64,000 nucleotides of DNA from Bdellovibrionia bacterium (lineage in GTDB: Bacteria; Bdellovibrionota; Bdellovibrionia; Bdellovibrionales; JAGQZY01). Under the pieces are notes generated by a model. It was given only the letters and a program-made list of their open reading frames with translations, was not told the DNA's origin and ran no database searches. Both the position numbers and the translations under genes were made by a program. The DNA is taken from positions 6,756 through 70,755 of the forward strand of contig JAUICP010000003.1 of the NCBI GenBank assembly GCA_030427805.1. The letters are read 5' to 3'. Positions 1 to 8,550 of this stretch are shown in pieces; the first letter of the stretch is position 1, and each line of letters begins with the position of its first letter.

Positions 1-79
1 ATAAGAGAGCTTTTTTAGGCGCCCCATCAGAACATTCTTTTGATCACTAAAACCTGATCCAACATGGATCGTCGTAAAG

Positions 80-95
80 AGGCATAGGCCTTGCA
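80..95 (+). promoter_or_regulatory. Putative sigma54 (-24/-12) promoter
   Basis: AGGCATAGGCCTTGCA has GG-N10-GC spacing and TTGCA, about 40 nt upstream of the ATG at 134. Confidence 0.5.
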
Positions 96-133
96 AATTC
101 CCTTTCACAAACGTGGTGACTCAGGAATTTTCG

Positions 134-1387
134 ATGAAAATAAATGCACTTTTTATGCTTACGATTGCCATCTTCTTTCAGGCTCATATGGCCAAGGCTG
201 AGGCTTTCAAATGTGAAGACTATTTTACTCAGCTTCCGCAAATAGAAGTCCAAGTTCCCGAAAGTCGCCTCAGGGCCCAAGAAGTCCATCAAAACCAAGA
301 ACGTCCCACGACTCTCAAATCGCGAATCGTAAAGGCTTTTAAATCCTGGCTGCGAAAGCCCCTCGAATGGATTTCTGGCTATACCTACCTCTTGAAAAAA
401 TCCAATGAAGCAAGACTCATCAACCCCGGGAAGTCCCACCTCTACTTCAGAGATTTTCTTTCGACCATGGATATCGATTACAACGTCCAAAGACTGCCCG
501 GAGCAAAAATCGCCAAAACAGGTCCACTCGTCATGGTTTCAAATCACCCTTTTGGCCTCGTCGAATCCCTTGCCCTTGTCGACTACATTATTCAGCAAAG
601 AGATGATCTCAAAATCATTGTGAACCAGGCACTTCTCGACGTGGTCCCAGAAGAACTGCACAAACACTTCATTACGGTCAACATTAGTGATGGAGCTAGT
701 AAAGAAGAAAAGCAAAAGGCCAACCTCAAGGCCATGCGTGAAGCCAATGGCCACCTTTCACAGGGAGGATCGTTACTTCTTTATCCCTATGGAAAAGCTT
801 CTTTGCGGTCTAATAATCCCGTACACAACTACGCTATTGATAGTTTCTGGAAAGTCGGCTTTCTCTCTATGGTCGGTAAATCCGACGCCCAGATCGTAAA
901 TTTCTTTGTTCCAGGAGAGAACTCCGATGTCTTTTACAAGTATGGAGATCTTGGCAATGGCTTGGGGCGAATGGTTCTATTCTTACGCGAAATTATTTGG
1001 CGAAGTGGCCAAACACTTCATATTGTTCAAGGCACAAGTTATTCCAACAAAGACGTCAGAGAGTTTTTTGGACTGAATCAGAGTCGGAGTAATGAGGCAA
1101 AAGTGGCACTTATGGCCTACTTAAAGCTGCGTACCTATTTACTGGCAAAGGACAATCAAGCCGAAGGGTCTTTTGCAACGCCCGATTTAGGGAGTTACTT
1201 CACTCCTGGCATCTACAACCTGGGGCCAAGGGTCTTTGCCGGAGACTTGCAACAACTCGTCGATGCGAACCTTGAAGATCTCCATAGCCCTGTTGAAATT
1301 CGAGAGTTTTTAGGGGAAGAAATTTATTACCTCTACGATCAATACCAAAGATTCCATTCCGGTAGTTTAATGCCTGAAAATCTGTGA
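134..1387 (+). CDS. Exported PlsC-like (lysophospholipid/putative hemolysin-type) acyltransferase
   Basis: VMVSNHPFGLVE, DLKIIVN, LLLYPYG and W-K-x-G-F blocks; N-terminal signal peptide (MKINALFMLTIAIFFQAHMAKA); AGGA before ATG 134. Confidence 0.75.
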   Translation: MKINALFMLTIAIFFQAHMAKAEAFKCEDYFTQLPQIEVQVPESRLRAQEVHQNQERPTTLKSRIVKAFKSWLRKPLEWISGYTYLLKKSNEARLINPGKSHLYFRDFLSTMDIDYNVQRLPGAKIAKTGPLVMVSNHPFGLVESLALVDYIIQQRDDLKIIVNQALLDVVPEELHKHFITVNISDGASKEEKQKANLKAMREANGHLSQGGSLLLYPYGKASLRSNNPVHNYAIDSFWKVGFLSMVGKSDAQIVNFFVPGENSDVFYKYGDLGNGLGRMVLFLREIIWRSGQTLHIVQGTSYSNKDVREFFGLNQSRSNEAKVALMAYLKLRTYLLAKDNQAEGSFATPDLGSYFTPGIYNLGPRVFAGDLQQLVDANLEDLHSPVEIREFLGEEIYYLYDQYQRFHSGSLMPENL

Positions 1388-1506
1388 AAATTCTAATCGA
1401 GGCTCTTTTAGTCACTTTTGTTTATAGGTTTTTCACGGATAAAGTGAATTTTTATTATCAAATTTTCTCCTAATGCCATGAATTCGCCCTTAGAGGACCA
1501 GTAAAT

Positions 1507-1522
1507 TGGCATTGAGAATGCA
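1507..1522 (+). promoter_or_regulatory. Putative sigma54 promoter
   Basis: TGGCATTGAGAATGCA matches the TGGCA-N7-TGCA spacing, upstream of the lipoprotein gene. Confidence 0.5.
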
Positions 1523-1618
1523 TAAGTTACAGACGGAATAGAAACTAGGTGGTTTTTGTGACTGTATGTACTTCGAGCTCCGACCACCCTAATGATTTGT
1601 GAAAAAGGAAATAGTAAA

Positions 1619-2215
1619 ATGGGACGTCAAATTCTAGTTTCATTACTCAGTTTAGTCTTAGTGCTCGGAGTCGCCTGCGGGAACAAGGATAGTGGTAATA
1701 ACACCCCTACAACGGTTGTTGTGCAAGCAACGCCTACTCCTGTGCAAACGAGAACGATTAACTGTTCGGCTCTTAGAGTGAACCCCTATGATGGTTACTA
1801 CTACGATCAACAGAACAATCGATATACTCGAAGTGGTGCCTACTTCTACGATCAAAACAATGTTCGAGCTGAGTGTACGGGTGGTAACGAACCGAACCTC
1901 GTAGTTTACGATAACGACTCATGCCGCAGCTATGGAGATTACAGAATCTTCAGAGTTGGCGCCTATATCTACTGTGTCCGCAATAGCTACCTCATCCACA
2001 CAGGTGCTTCTTATGTTTACAACCCTTACTACGGAACAAACATCTACACCTACGGTTGGAACAACAATCGTTGTGATGACGAGTGTGTCTACACCCTCGG
2101 TGGACTTGGCCTTGGCGTTACAGCCGGAGCCGTGTTTGGACAGAGTCCTGAGTGGGCTTTGATCGGTGGAGTTGCCGGAGCGATCTTCGGTAATGCTATT
2201 GGCCGCAATCAATAG
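1619..2215 (+). CDS. Tyr/Asn/Cys-rich lipoprotein with C-terminal glycine-zipper hairpin
   Basis: Lipobox LGVA-C; duplicated YxYDQxN motif; C-terminal GxxxG repeats (GLGLGVTAGAVFG...IGGVAGAIFGNAIG). Confidence 0.7.
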   Translation: MGRQILVSLLSLVLVLGVACGNKDSGNNTPTTVVVQATPTPVQTRTINCSALRVNPYDGYYYDQQNNRYTRSGAYFYDQNNVRAECTGGNEPNLVVYDNDSCRSYGDYRIFRVGAYIYCVRNSYLIHTGASYVYNPYYGTNIYTYGWNNNRCDDECVYTLGGLGLGVTAGAVFGQSPEWALIGGVAGAIFGNAIGRNQ

Positions 2216-2241
2216 GGCGTAATTAGCTCAATCTTTAAGAC

Positions 2242-2270
2242 GCTTGGGACGTATTGGCCCCAAGCTTTCT
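2242..2270 (+). terminator. Possible intrinsic terminator
   Basis: GCTTGGG...CCCAAGC stem followed by TTTCT, after the lipoprotein stop. Confidence 0.4.
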
Positions 2271-2300
2271 ATTTGCCTACAAGAAAAGAATATAAACTAC

Positions 2301-2337
2301 TGAAAAGACTTGTATTATCAAGTCTTTTTCATTATCA
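2301..2337. promoter_or_regulatory. Palindromic operator-like site upstream of feoA
   Basis: AAAAGACTTG-tattat-CAAGTCTTTT perfect 10-bp inverted repeat, followed by CATTATC (Fur-box half-site-like). Confidence 0.4.
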
Positions 2338-2345
2338 GCTAGTTA

Positions 2346-2630
2346 ATGACAGAAAATCGAAGTGAGAGTAAGACTGGGAGTTCGAAAGGACGTCCCATGA
2401 GTCTTTGGAATATGAGCAAGGGTCAAAAGGCCCAAATCAGCCGACTTGATATCGCCACAGGAGAGCACCTCCGCCGCGTACAAGAACTCGGATTTGAGCC
2501 CGGTGAAACGGTCACTTGCTTGAAAATTACTCCCTTTGGGAGTCCTCGGGTTTATCAGGTCGGTCCTTGTGTATTTTCACTCTCGAGGGACCTGGCCGAG
2601 AAAATTCACATTGCCAGTGGAGATTCTTAG
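2346..2630 (+). CDS. feoA: Ferrous iron transport protein A
   Basis: RRVQELGFEPGE...PFGSP...FSLSRDLAEKI FeoA pattern; its stop overlaps the feoB start. Confidence 0.9.
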   Translation: MTENRSESKTGSSKGRPMSLWNMSKGQKAQISRLDIATGEHLRRVQELGFEPGETVTCLKITPFGSPRVYQVGPCVFSLSRDLAEKIHIASGDS

Positions 2631-4444
2631 TGGCCTCAGCTCTGATTGTCGGAAAGCCGAATGCGGGTAAAAGTCTTTTGTTTAATCGCCTTACGGGACT
2701 CAAACAAAAGGTCGCCAATTTTCCGGGAGTCACCGTCCAAATTAAAAAGGGTTCTTCAAAGGGAATCGACTATGTTGACTACCCAGGAATTTACTCTTTT
2801 GAAGCACTCACCAAGGACGAAGAAGTCGCCATTGAAAAGTTCAAAGAGATGGCCGAGTCTGATGAAGTAAAGGTCATTATGTGTGTTCTCGATGCGACTC
2901 GCCTCGAACGCTCTGTCAGCATGGGTGTCCAAGCCCAACAATTAGCCGCAGAAAAAAACAAAGCCTTTATCTTCGTCCTCAATATGATGGACGAGGTTCT
3001 TAAAGTCGGGCAATCCATTGACGTCGAGGGACTGGCCAAAAAATTGGGGTCTCCTGTTTTTCCAGTATCGGCCCGACTCAATACAGGTATTAACGAACTC
3101 CAAGAAGCACTTGCCAACTTTGAACAACTCGACCTCTATGTCCCGGCAAAGAACGAAAGCAGAACGGGCAAAGACCTTCTTTCATTTAGTCGAGAGGTGC
3201 GCAAAGAGTTTGGCCTCGAGCCAGATCTGTTTATTAAAAATCAAAACCGCATTGATCGCTTCTTTCTATCCAGCTGGGCCGGAGGGATTCTCTTTGGGCT
3301 TATTATGCTCATTGTTTTTCAATCGATTTTTACCTGGGCAGAACCACTGATGGATGGTACCGAGTCAATAATCCTTTGGCTCAATGAATTGGTCCTAAAT
3401 TTTATTCCAAAGGGAGTCTTTGCCGATTTCGTTAGTGATGCTCTTTTTGGTGGAATTGGCGCTTTTTTGGTGTTTGTTCCTCAGATATTTATTCTTAGCT
3501 TTATCATCGGTTTACTCGAAGACAGTGGGTATCTTGCTCGAGCCGCAATCATTTGCCATCGTCCCCTCGGTTTTTTTGGGCTTTCAGGAAAGAGCTTTAT
3601 CCCCTATCTCTCGGGGCATGCCTGTGCGATCCCGGCTATAATGGCCACGCGAACCATTGAATCACCCAAGAAACGCTTTCTTACCTTGTTAACAGTTCCG
3701 TTGACGGCCTGCTCGGCCAGACTACCCGTTTACGCACTTCTCATTACCGCTTTTATTCCGACAAGTGCTTTTCTGGGCGGATTAATTGGGAGCCGTGGTC
3801 TAGCGCTTTTTGCCCTTTATTTCTTTGGAATTTTCACAGCATTGATTGTTGCTTTTGTCGTCGATCGATTTTCGGGCAGAGAAAAAGACGAAGCCCCGTT
3901 TATCATGGAGCTACCTCCTTACAGGCTTCCCCATTTTAAACCGCTCTTTTTCAATGCTTTTAATTCGGCAAAGAGTTTCGTCGTAAAAGCGGGTGGAATG
4001 ATTTTTTCGGTGACGGTCATCGTTTGGCTCCTTAGTTATTTTCCAAACGGTTCTGAAAATCTCAATGAATCCTATCTCGGAACCATTGGTCAAGCCATCG
4101 AACCGGTCTTTGCCCCCATGGGACTCGATTGGAAAGTCGGCGTGGCCATTCTTACATCCTTTCTCGCTCGTGAAGTTTTCGTTGGAACTTTGGGCACTTT
4201 CTTTGGGATTGAGGGTGCGGATGAAAACATCGGTGGCATGGCTGAACGCTTGCAAAACGGCGGAATGGAACCGGCTGCGGGACTCGCTCTTCTGGTTTTT
4301 TATGCCATCGCCCTACAATGTGTTTCGACTTTGGCAGTGATCAAAGGAGAAACCGGGAGCTATAAAACACCGATTCTCGCCTTCTTGGGGTACTCGATCG
4401 CCGCCTATATTTTGGCCGTGCTGACCTACCAGGTCTTAGTATAA
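2630..4444 (+). CDS. feoB: Ferrous iron transporter B
   Basis: G1 GKPNAGKS, VANFPGVTV, DYPG, NMMD; gate motifs LEDSGYLARAA, CSARLPVY, FLAREVFVGT; likely GTG start at 2630 overlapping the feoA TAG. Confidence 0.95.
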   Translation: MASALIVGKPNAGKSLLFNRLTGLKQKVANFPGVTVQIKKGSSKGIDYVDYPGIYSFEALTKDEEVAIEKFKEMAESDEVKVIMCVLDATRLERSVSMGVQAQQLAAEKNKAFIFVLNMMDEVLKVGQSIDVEGLAKKLGSPVFPVSARLNTGINELQEALANFEQLDLYVPAKNESRTGKDLLSFSREVRKEFGLEPDLFIKNQNRIDRFFLSSWAGGILFGLIMLIVFQSIFTWAEPLMDGTESIILWLNELVLNFIPKGVFADFVSDALFGGIGAFLVFVPQIFILSFIIGLLEDSGYLARAAIICHRPLGFFGLSGKSFIPYLSGHACAIPAIMATRTIESPKKRFLTLLTVPLTACSARLPVYALLITAFIPTSAFLGGLIGSRGLALFALYFFGIFTALIVAFVVDRFSGREKDEAPFIMELPPYRLPHFKPLFFNAFNSAKSFVVKAGGMIFSVTVIVWLLSYFPNGSENLNESYLGTIGQAIEPVFAPMGLDWKVGVAILTSFLAREVFVGTLGTFFGIEGADENIGGMAERLQNGGMEPAAGLALLVFYAIALQCVSTLAVIKGETGSYKTPILAFLGYSIAAYILAVLTYQVLV

Positions 4445-4668
4445 ATTTCACGATGAATTCTAAAATGGGTCCTCGTCTTTGGGTGCCTCTCATCTTTTCA
4501 CGGATTATTTCAGATTTGATGGGCTCAAATGCCTGTAAAATCCTTCTCAGGCTGATTTGAAAATTCAGTTTCACGCCCTTTGATGGCTTCATTTTTGCTC
4601 ACTTTTTTAGCGGAAACTAAAGTGATTTTCAGGCTTTGTTGGATTTCCCGTTGATTGAGGTAGGCCCT

Positions 4669-6009
4669 ATGAGTTCAAATTTTTTAGAGGATAAAGACAA
4701 GACTCCCTTCTATGATTCCTGGGAGAGCTTAAACCAAGATAAAAGAAATGACTTCATCCGCGAGTCCCTTAAAACCTTTATCACCAACTGTCGAGACAAT
4801 TCACCTTTCTATCAGGAACGCTTAGCCGACTACAACCCTAAGAATCCAACAGATCTTACGAAACTTCCTACCATGGATTCGGATACCCTGCGCGATCTCG
4901 TTCCTCCGGTAAGCTTTAAACTTCTCAGTCGTGAAGTGAGAGACTACAGTGTTTTTCAAAGTGGAGGAACCACGGGATTTCCGAAGACCACTCTTTTTAG
5001 TCACGACGAATTAGAAAACTTAAACCTCCCCAATGCACGCGGGTTTTACGCCATGGGACTCAGGGCTGAAGACCGGGTCGGAAATCTCTTTGCCGTAGGT
5101 GGCCTCTACATGACCTTCATTCACATCAATCGAATGCTTCAGCAATACGGTTGTATGAACTTTCCTTTTTCTAATCAGACAGCTGTCGATTTCATCCATC
5201 AGGCCTTGCGCTTGTATGAAGTCAACTGTCTAACGGGAATTACGAGTGTTGTCCTAAACGCTCTTAGAGGATCTAAGAAGTTAGGTCTAGACGGCATTAA
5301 TATTAAAAAAGTCTATTACGGCGGCGAACATATTTACCCAGCCGACAAGGAAGAACTTAAAAACGATTTCGGCGTAGAGGTCATTGGGGCCCCTGGCTAC
5401 GGAACCGTAGATACGTGGTATATCGGTTATCAATGTGAACACAGCCCCACCGGAGTCTTTCACAGTCACGACGATCAGTGTTTTATCGAAATTGTAAACG
5501 AAGAAACCGGAGAGTTGTGCAAAAAAGGTGAGATCGGAATGGTCTATGCTACTCCCTTCGTAAGAACCTTGACTCCCGTCGTGCGCTACAAAGTCGGCGA
5601 TCGAGCCCGTTGGATTGATGACTGTTCTTGCGGAAGGACGACACCGAGATTTGAACTTCTCGGACGAGGTGATGATATATTGCGAATTGGTTACGACTCA
5701 GTTGATTACAATTCAATTCAAAATATTGTGACTCCCTTTAAAGAACTCTCCGGTAGCATTCAAATGGAAAAAAGACGACTCGACGGAAAAGACCAACTGA
5801 TTATCCGCATTGAGAGCGATCATCCCGAAGCCGTTAACCCAGACGTCGTCAAAAAATTAGAAGAAACGATTCTAGCGTCGAGACCGACCATTACCGACCA
5901 CTTGAAGAAACAAACTATACACCCCTTGAAGATTGAAATCTTAGCAAAGGGAAGTCTGCCCCGAAATCCGCGGACGGGAAAGCTCATGAGGGTTGTTGAT
6001 GCCATTTAG
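4669..6009 (+). CDS. Phenylacetate-CoA ligase (PaaK)-like adenylate-forming enzyme
   Basis: FQSGGTTGFPK P-loop, YGTVD, PVVRYKVGD, CSCGR...LLGRGDD, RTGKL; GAGG before ATG 4669. Confidence 0.85.
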   Translation: MSSNFLEDKDKTPFYDSWESLNQDKRNDFIRESLKTFITNCRDNSPFYQERLADYNPKNPTDLTKLPTMDSDTLRDLVPPVSFKLLSREVRDYSVFQSGGTTGFPKTTLFSHDELENLNLPNARGFYAMGLRAEDRVGNLFAVGGLYMTFIHINRMLQQYGCMNFPFSNQTAVDFIHQALRLYEVNCLTGITSVVLNALRGSKKLGLDGINIKKVYYGGEHIYPADKEELKNDFGVEVIGAPGYGTVDTWYIGYQCEHSPTGVFHSHDDQCFIEIVNEETGELCKKGEIGMVYATPFVRTLTPVVRYKVGDRARWIDDCSCGRTTPRFELLGRGDDILRIGYDSVDYNSIQNIVTPFKELSGSIQMEKRRLDGKDQLIIRIESDHPEAVNPDVVKKLEETILASRPTITDHLKKQTIHPLKIEILAKGSLPRNPRTGKLMRVVDAI

Positions 6010-7429
6010 TGGAGAATTTCGAAATACATTTCAAATGGAAGTTCCATCGGAGTCGCGCTTTATTAACACGTCGGTTGAAACCATCATGAGTGTGGCACAA
6101 AACCTGGGGCATAGTCGCGACGAGAAAGCACTCGATCAACTGCGTGAAAAAGCCTACTCGGCTGTTTCTATGGTTCTTTCGCGGCCAGGCGGTGTCCACG
6201 AAAGAACCATTCCCATTAAAATCCAAAAATCAAATGATGGACTTTGTATTGAAATCACCAATCGCAACGAACCTTTGGTCTTCAGTAGTAATTTTTCGTC
6301 CCACCAGGGCATCCAATTTGAAAACCAAGGACGTGACGGCCAGGTTCTAAAAATTCCTTGTCCTCTAGAATCCTACGAACAGTGCCCAAGCAACCAAGTG
6401 CCAGTTAGTGACGAGGGCATTCACATCGGCCCCATGTCTGAAGACGATGCCGGTCAACTCTCGCGCCTCTTCTATCAGACCTATGGTTACGACTATATCA
6501 ATGAGTTTATTTACTATCCCGAGCGCATTCGAGAGATGATACGCAATAAAGAACTTGAGAGTATTGTCGCTAAAAATGAAGACAATCAAATTCTTGCTCA
6601 TGTGGGGCTACAAAGGTGGAATGACAATCCACGAGTTTACGAAGCTTCATTGGGGGTTGTTGACCCGAGAATTAAATCACGGGGTCTATTTAGTCAGGTT
6701 TTTTCTAAAACCATGGAGATGAGTCAGAAGATTCCAATGAGCTACTGTCTCTTTGACTTCGTAACTAACCACAATTTTTCACAGAGAATTATTAAAGACT
6801 ATGGTGTTAAAGAGCTTGCGATCTTCGTCGGCTGCCAGTCTAAAAAGAATCAAGCCAGTCTCGAACGACTGGGCCTCGGGGCCGACCCCGATAATATGAA
6901 TCGCTATACCCTGCTCGTTGGTGTTATTCCAAAAGAGGAGTATCCCTTTGGAAAAAACATTATGTTACCTTCGAACATTGGGGAAACCCTTGGCTTTTTA
7001 CTCGAAGAATTGGGAATTGAATGGCACCCTACACCTCGCTTTTACCCACTACCCAGCGTTGGTCGTTTTTCAAAACAAATCCATCCACGACAACAGGCCA
7101 TTGTTTACCGAATTGATCAACCCAGCTTTGATATTCTAAAGACCATTCGAAGGGAGTATCAGCACGCCCTTTCCGACGGCTTTCAATATGTCGCCGTTGA
7201 GGTTCCTCTCGATCAAGCCGGAATCGCCCAATGTTATGACTTTCTTGCCGAACAGGGATTTTTCTTTGCCGGATTCGTACCCTATGAATACGGCAGTCGC
7301 CTCGCTCTTAGACTTCAAGCGATTGCACCAACTCGTGTCGGTTTTGAGCAAATTCAAGTCTCAACAGAGATCGGGCAAAAACTTTTAGAAATTATTAAAA
7401 AGAACTACGAAAGAAACAGGAGACTCTAG
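5999..7429 (+). CDS. GNAT-family acyltransferase with degenerate N-terminal HATPase/RsbW-like domain
   Basis: LFYQTYGYDY..YYPE, ILAHVGL, LGVVDPRIKSRGLF (GNAT motif A), VTNHNFSQR; second GNAT-like half (QGFFFAGFVP); overlaps the upstream gene. Confidence 0.7.
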   Translation: MPFSGEFRNTFQMEVPSESRFINTSVETIMSVAQNLGHSRDEKALDQLREKAYSAVSMVLSRPGGVHERTIPIKIQKSNDGLCIEITNRNEPLVFSSNFSSHQGIQFENQGRDGQVLKIPCPLESYEQCPSNQVPVSDEGIHIGPMSEDDAGQLSRLFYQTYGYDYINEFIYYPERIREMIRNKELESIVAKNEDNQILAHVGLQRWNDNPRVYEASLGVVDPRIKSRGLFSQVFSKTMEMSQKIPMSYCLFDFVTNHNFSQRIIKDYGVKELAIFVGCQSKKNQASLERLGLGADPDNMNRYTLLVGVIPKEEYPFGKNIMLPSNIGETLGFLLEELGIEWHPTPRFYPLPSVGRFSKQIHPRQQAIVYRIDQPSFDILKTIRREYQHALSDGFQYVAVEVPLDQAGIAQCYDFLAEQGFFFAGFVPYEYGSRLALRLQAIAPTRVGFEQIQVSTEIGQKLLEIIKKNYERNRRL

Positions 7430-8550
7430 TGGAAATGACTTTTGCAAATCAGTTGGCCGAAAGCTCTGATCCATTTAACTGGACTCCTGAAAAGAGTCAG
7501 CTTTTTCTCGATGCCTGTCGCGAAGTCGCGACCTTTCACTACAACAATAATCCTGTCATGAAGAATTTCTACGACAATCGAGGTTTTAAACCCAGTGACT
7601 TAAAATCATTGGATCAGCTCAATACTTTACCAAGTATCGGTGTTACGGCGATGAAGTACCACCTCGTATTGAGTCGCGACGAAAAACATCAAAGTCTTAA
7701 ACTGACTTCTTCTGGAACTCGCGGACAAAAGACTCAAGTTTGGTTCGATCAAGAGAGTTTAGATCGAGTGCAAAGCTTTCTTTGGCAGGTCTGGGAGTCT
7801 GAAAACGCTGTCAGTAAAGAAGACACAAATTATTTAATGTTTATTTATAATCCTGAACAAGCCAAAGACTTGGGTATTGCCTTTAGTGTAAAAAACCAAA
7901 CCCAGTTCGCGCCCCCTAAAAAGGTGGTTTATGCTATCGAAAAAAATGCCCAGGGTGAATGGGAATTTAACAAGGCGCGAGTCCTAGAACAAATTAAGGA
8001 ATTTATCGCTGAGGGACTCCCCCTTCGAATGAGCGGAATACCAAGTTTTCTTTTTGAATTTCTGGAGTTCCTGGACGAGGATCTCACGCTCCCCCCGTCT
8101 TCATTTATTTTTACTGGTGGCGGATGGAAGGCTGCTGAAAACAAAAAAGTCAGTAAAGAATTTTTTCGAGAACTGGTCTTTAAAAAGCTCGGAATCCCTG
8201 CCGATCGAGTGCGCGACGGTTATGGGATGGCTGAACACAGTTCTCCCTATATGGAATGTAAGGCCCATCGGTTTCACATTCCCCATTTCAATCGCATTAT
8301 AATTCGGGACCCTAAAACGATGGAAGCTCTCGGTCCCGAAGAGGCGGGGCTCATCGAACTCATTTCGCCCTTTAATACTATGATGCCCAACCTTTCTATC
8401 GTTTCCACTGACATTGGAAAAATCGATAGTGATGCTTGCCCCTGTGGATACAACTCTCCAACTTTTAGTCTTCTTGGGCGAGGAGGCCTCAGTAAACACA
8501 AGGGTTGTGCCATCACAGCAAACGATCTTGTGAAAAGGAAGCACCAATGA
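7429..8550 (+). CDS. LuxE-family acyl-protein synthetase
   Basis: LTSSGTRG, IFTGGGWK, DGYGMAEH, STDIG, CPCG...LLGR and C-terminal KGCA acylation Cys. Confidence 0.85.
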   Translation: MEMTFANQLAESSDPFNWTPEKSQLFLDACREVATFHYNNNPVMKNFYDNRGFKPSDLKSLDQLNTLPSIGVTAMKYHLVLSRDEKHQSLKLTSSGTRGQKTQVWFDQESLDRVQSFLWQVWESENAVSKEDTNYLMFIYNPEQAKDLGIAFSVKNQTQFAPPKKVVYAIEKNAQGEWEFNKARVLEQIKEFIAEGLPLRMSGIPSFLFEFLEFLDEDLTLPPSSFIFTGGGWKAAENKKVSKEFFRELVFKKLGIPADRVRDGYGMAEHSSPYMECKAHRFHIPHFNRIIIRDPKTMEALGPEEAGLIELISPFNTMMPNLSIVSTDIGKIDSDACPCGYNSPTFSLLGRGGLSKHKGCAITANDLVKRKHQ

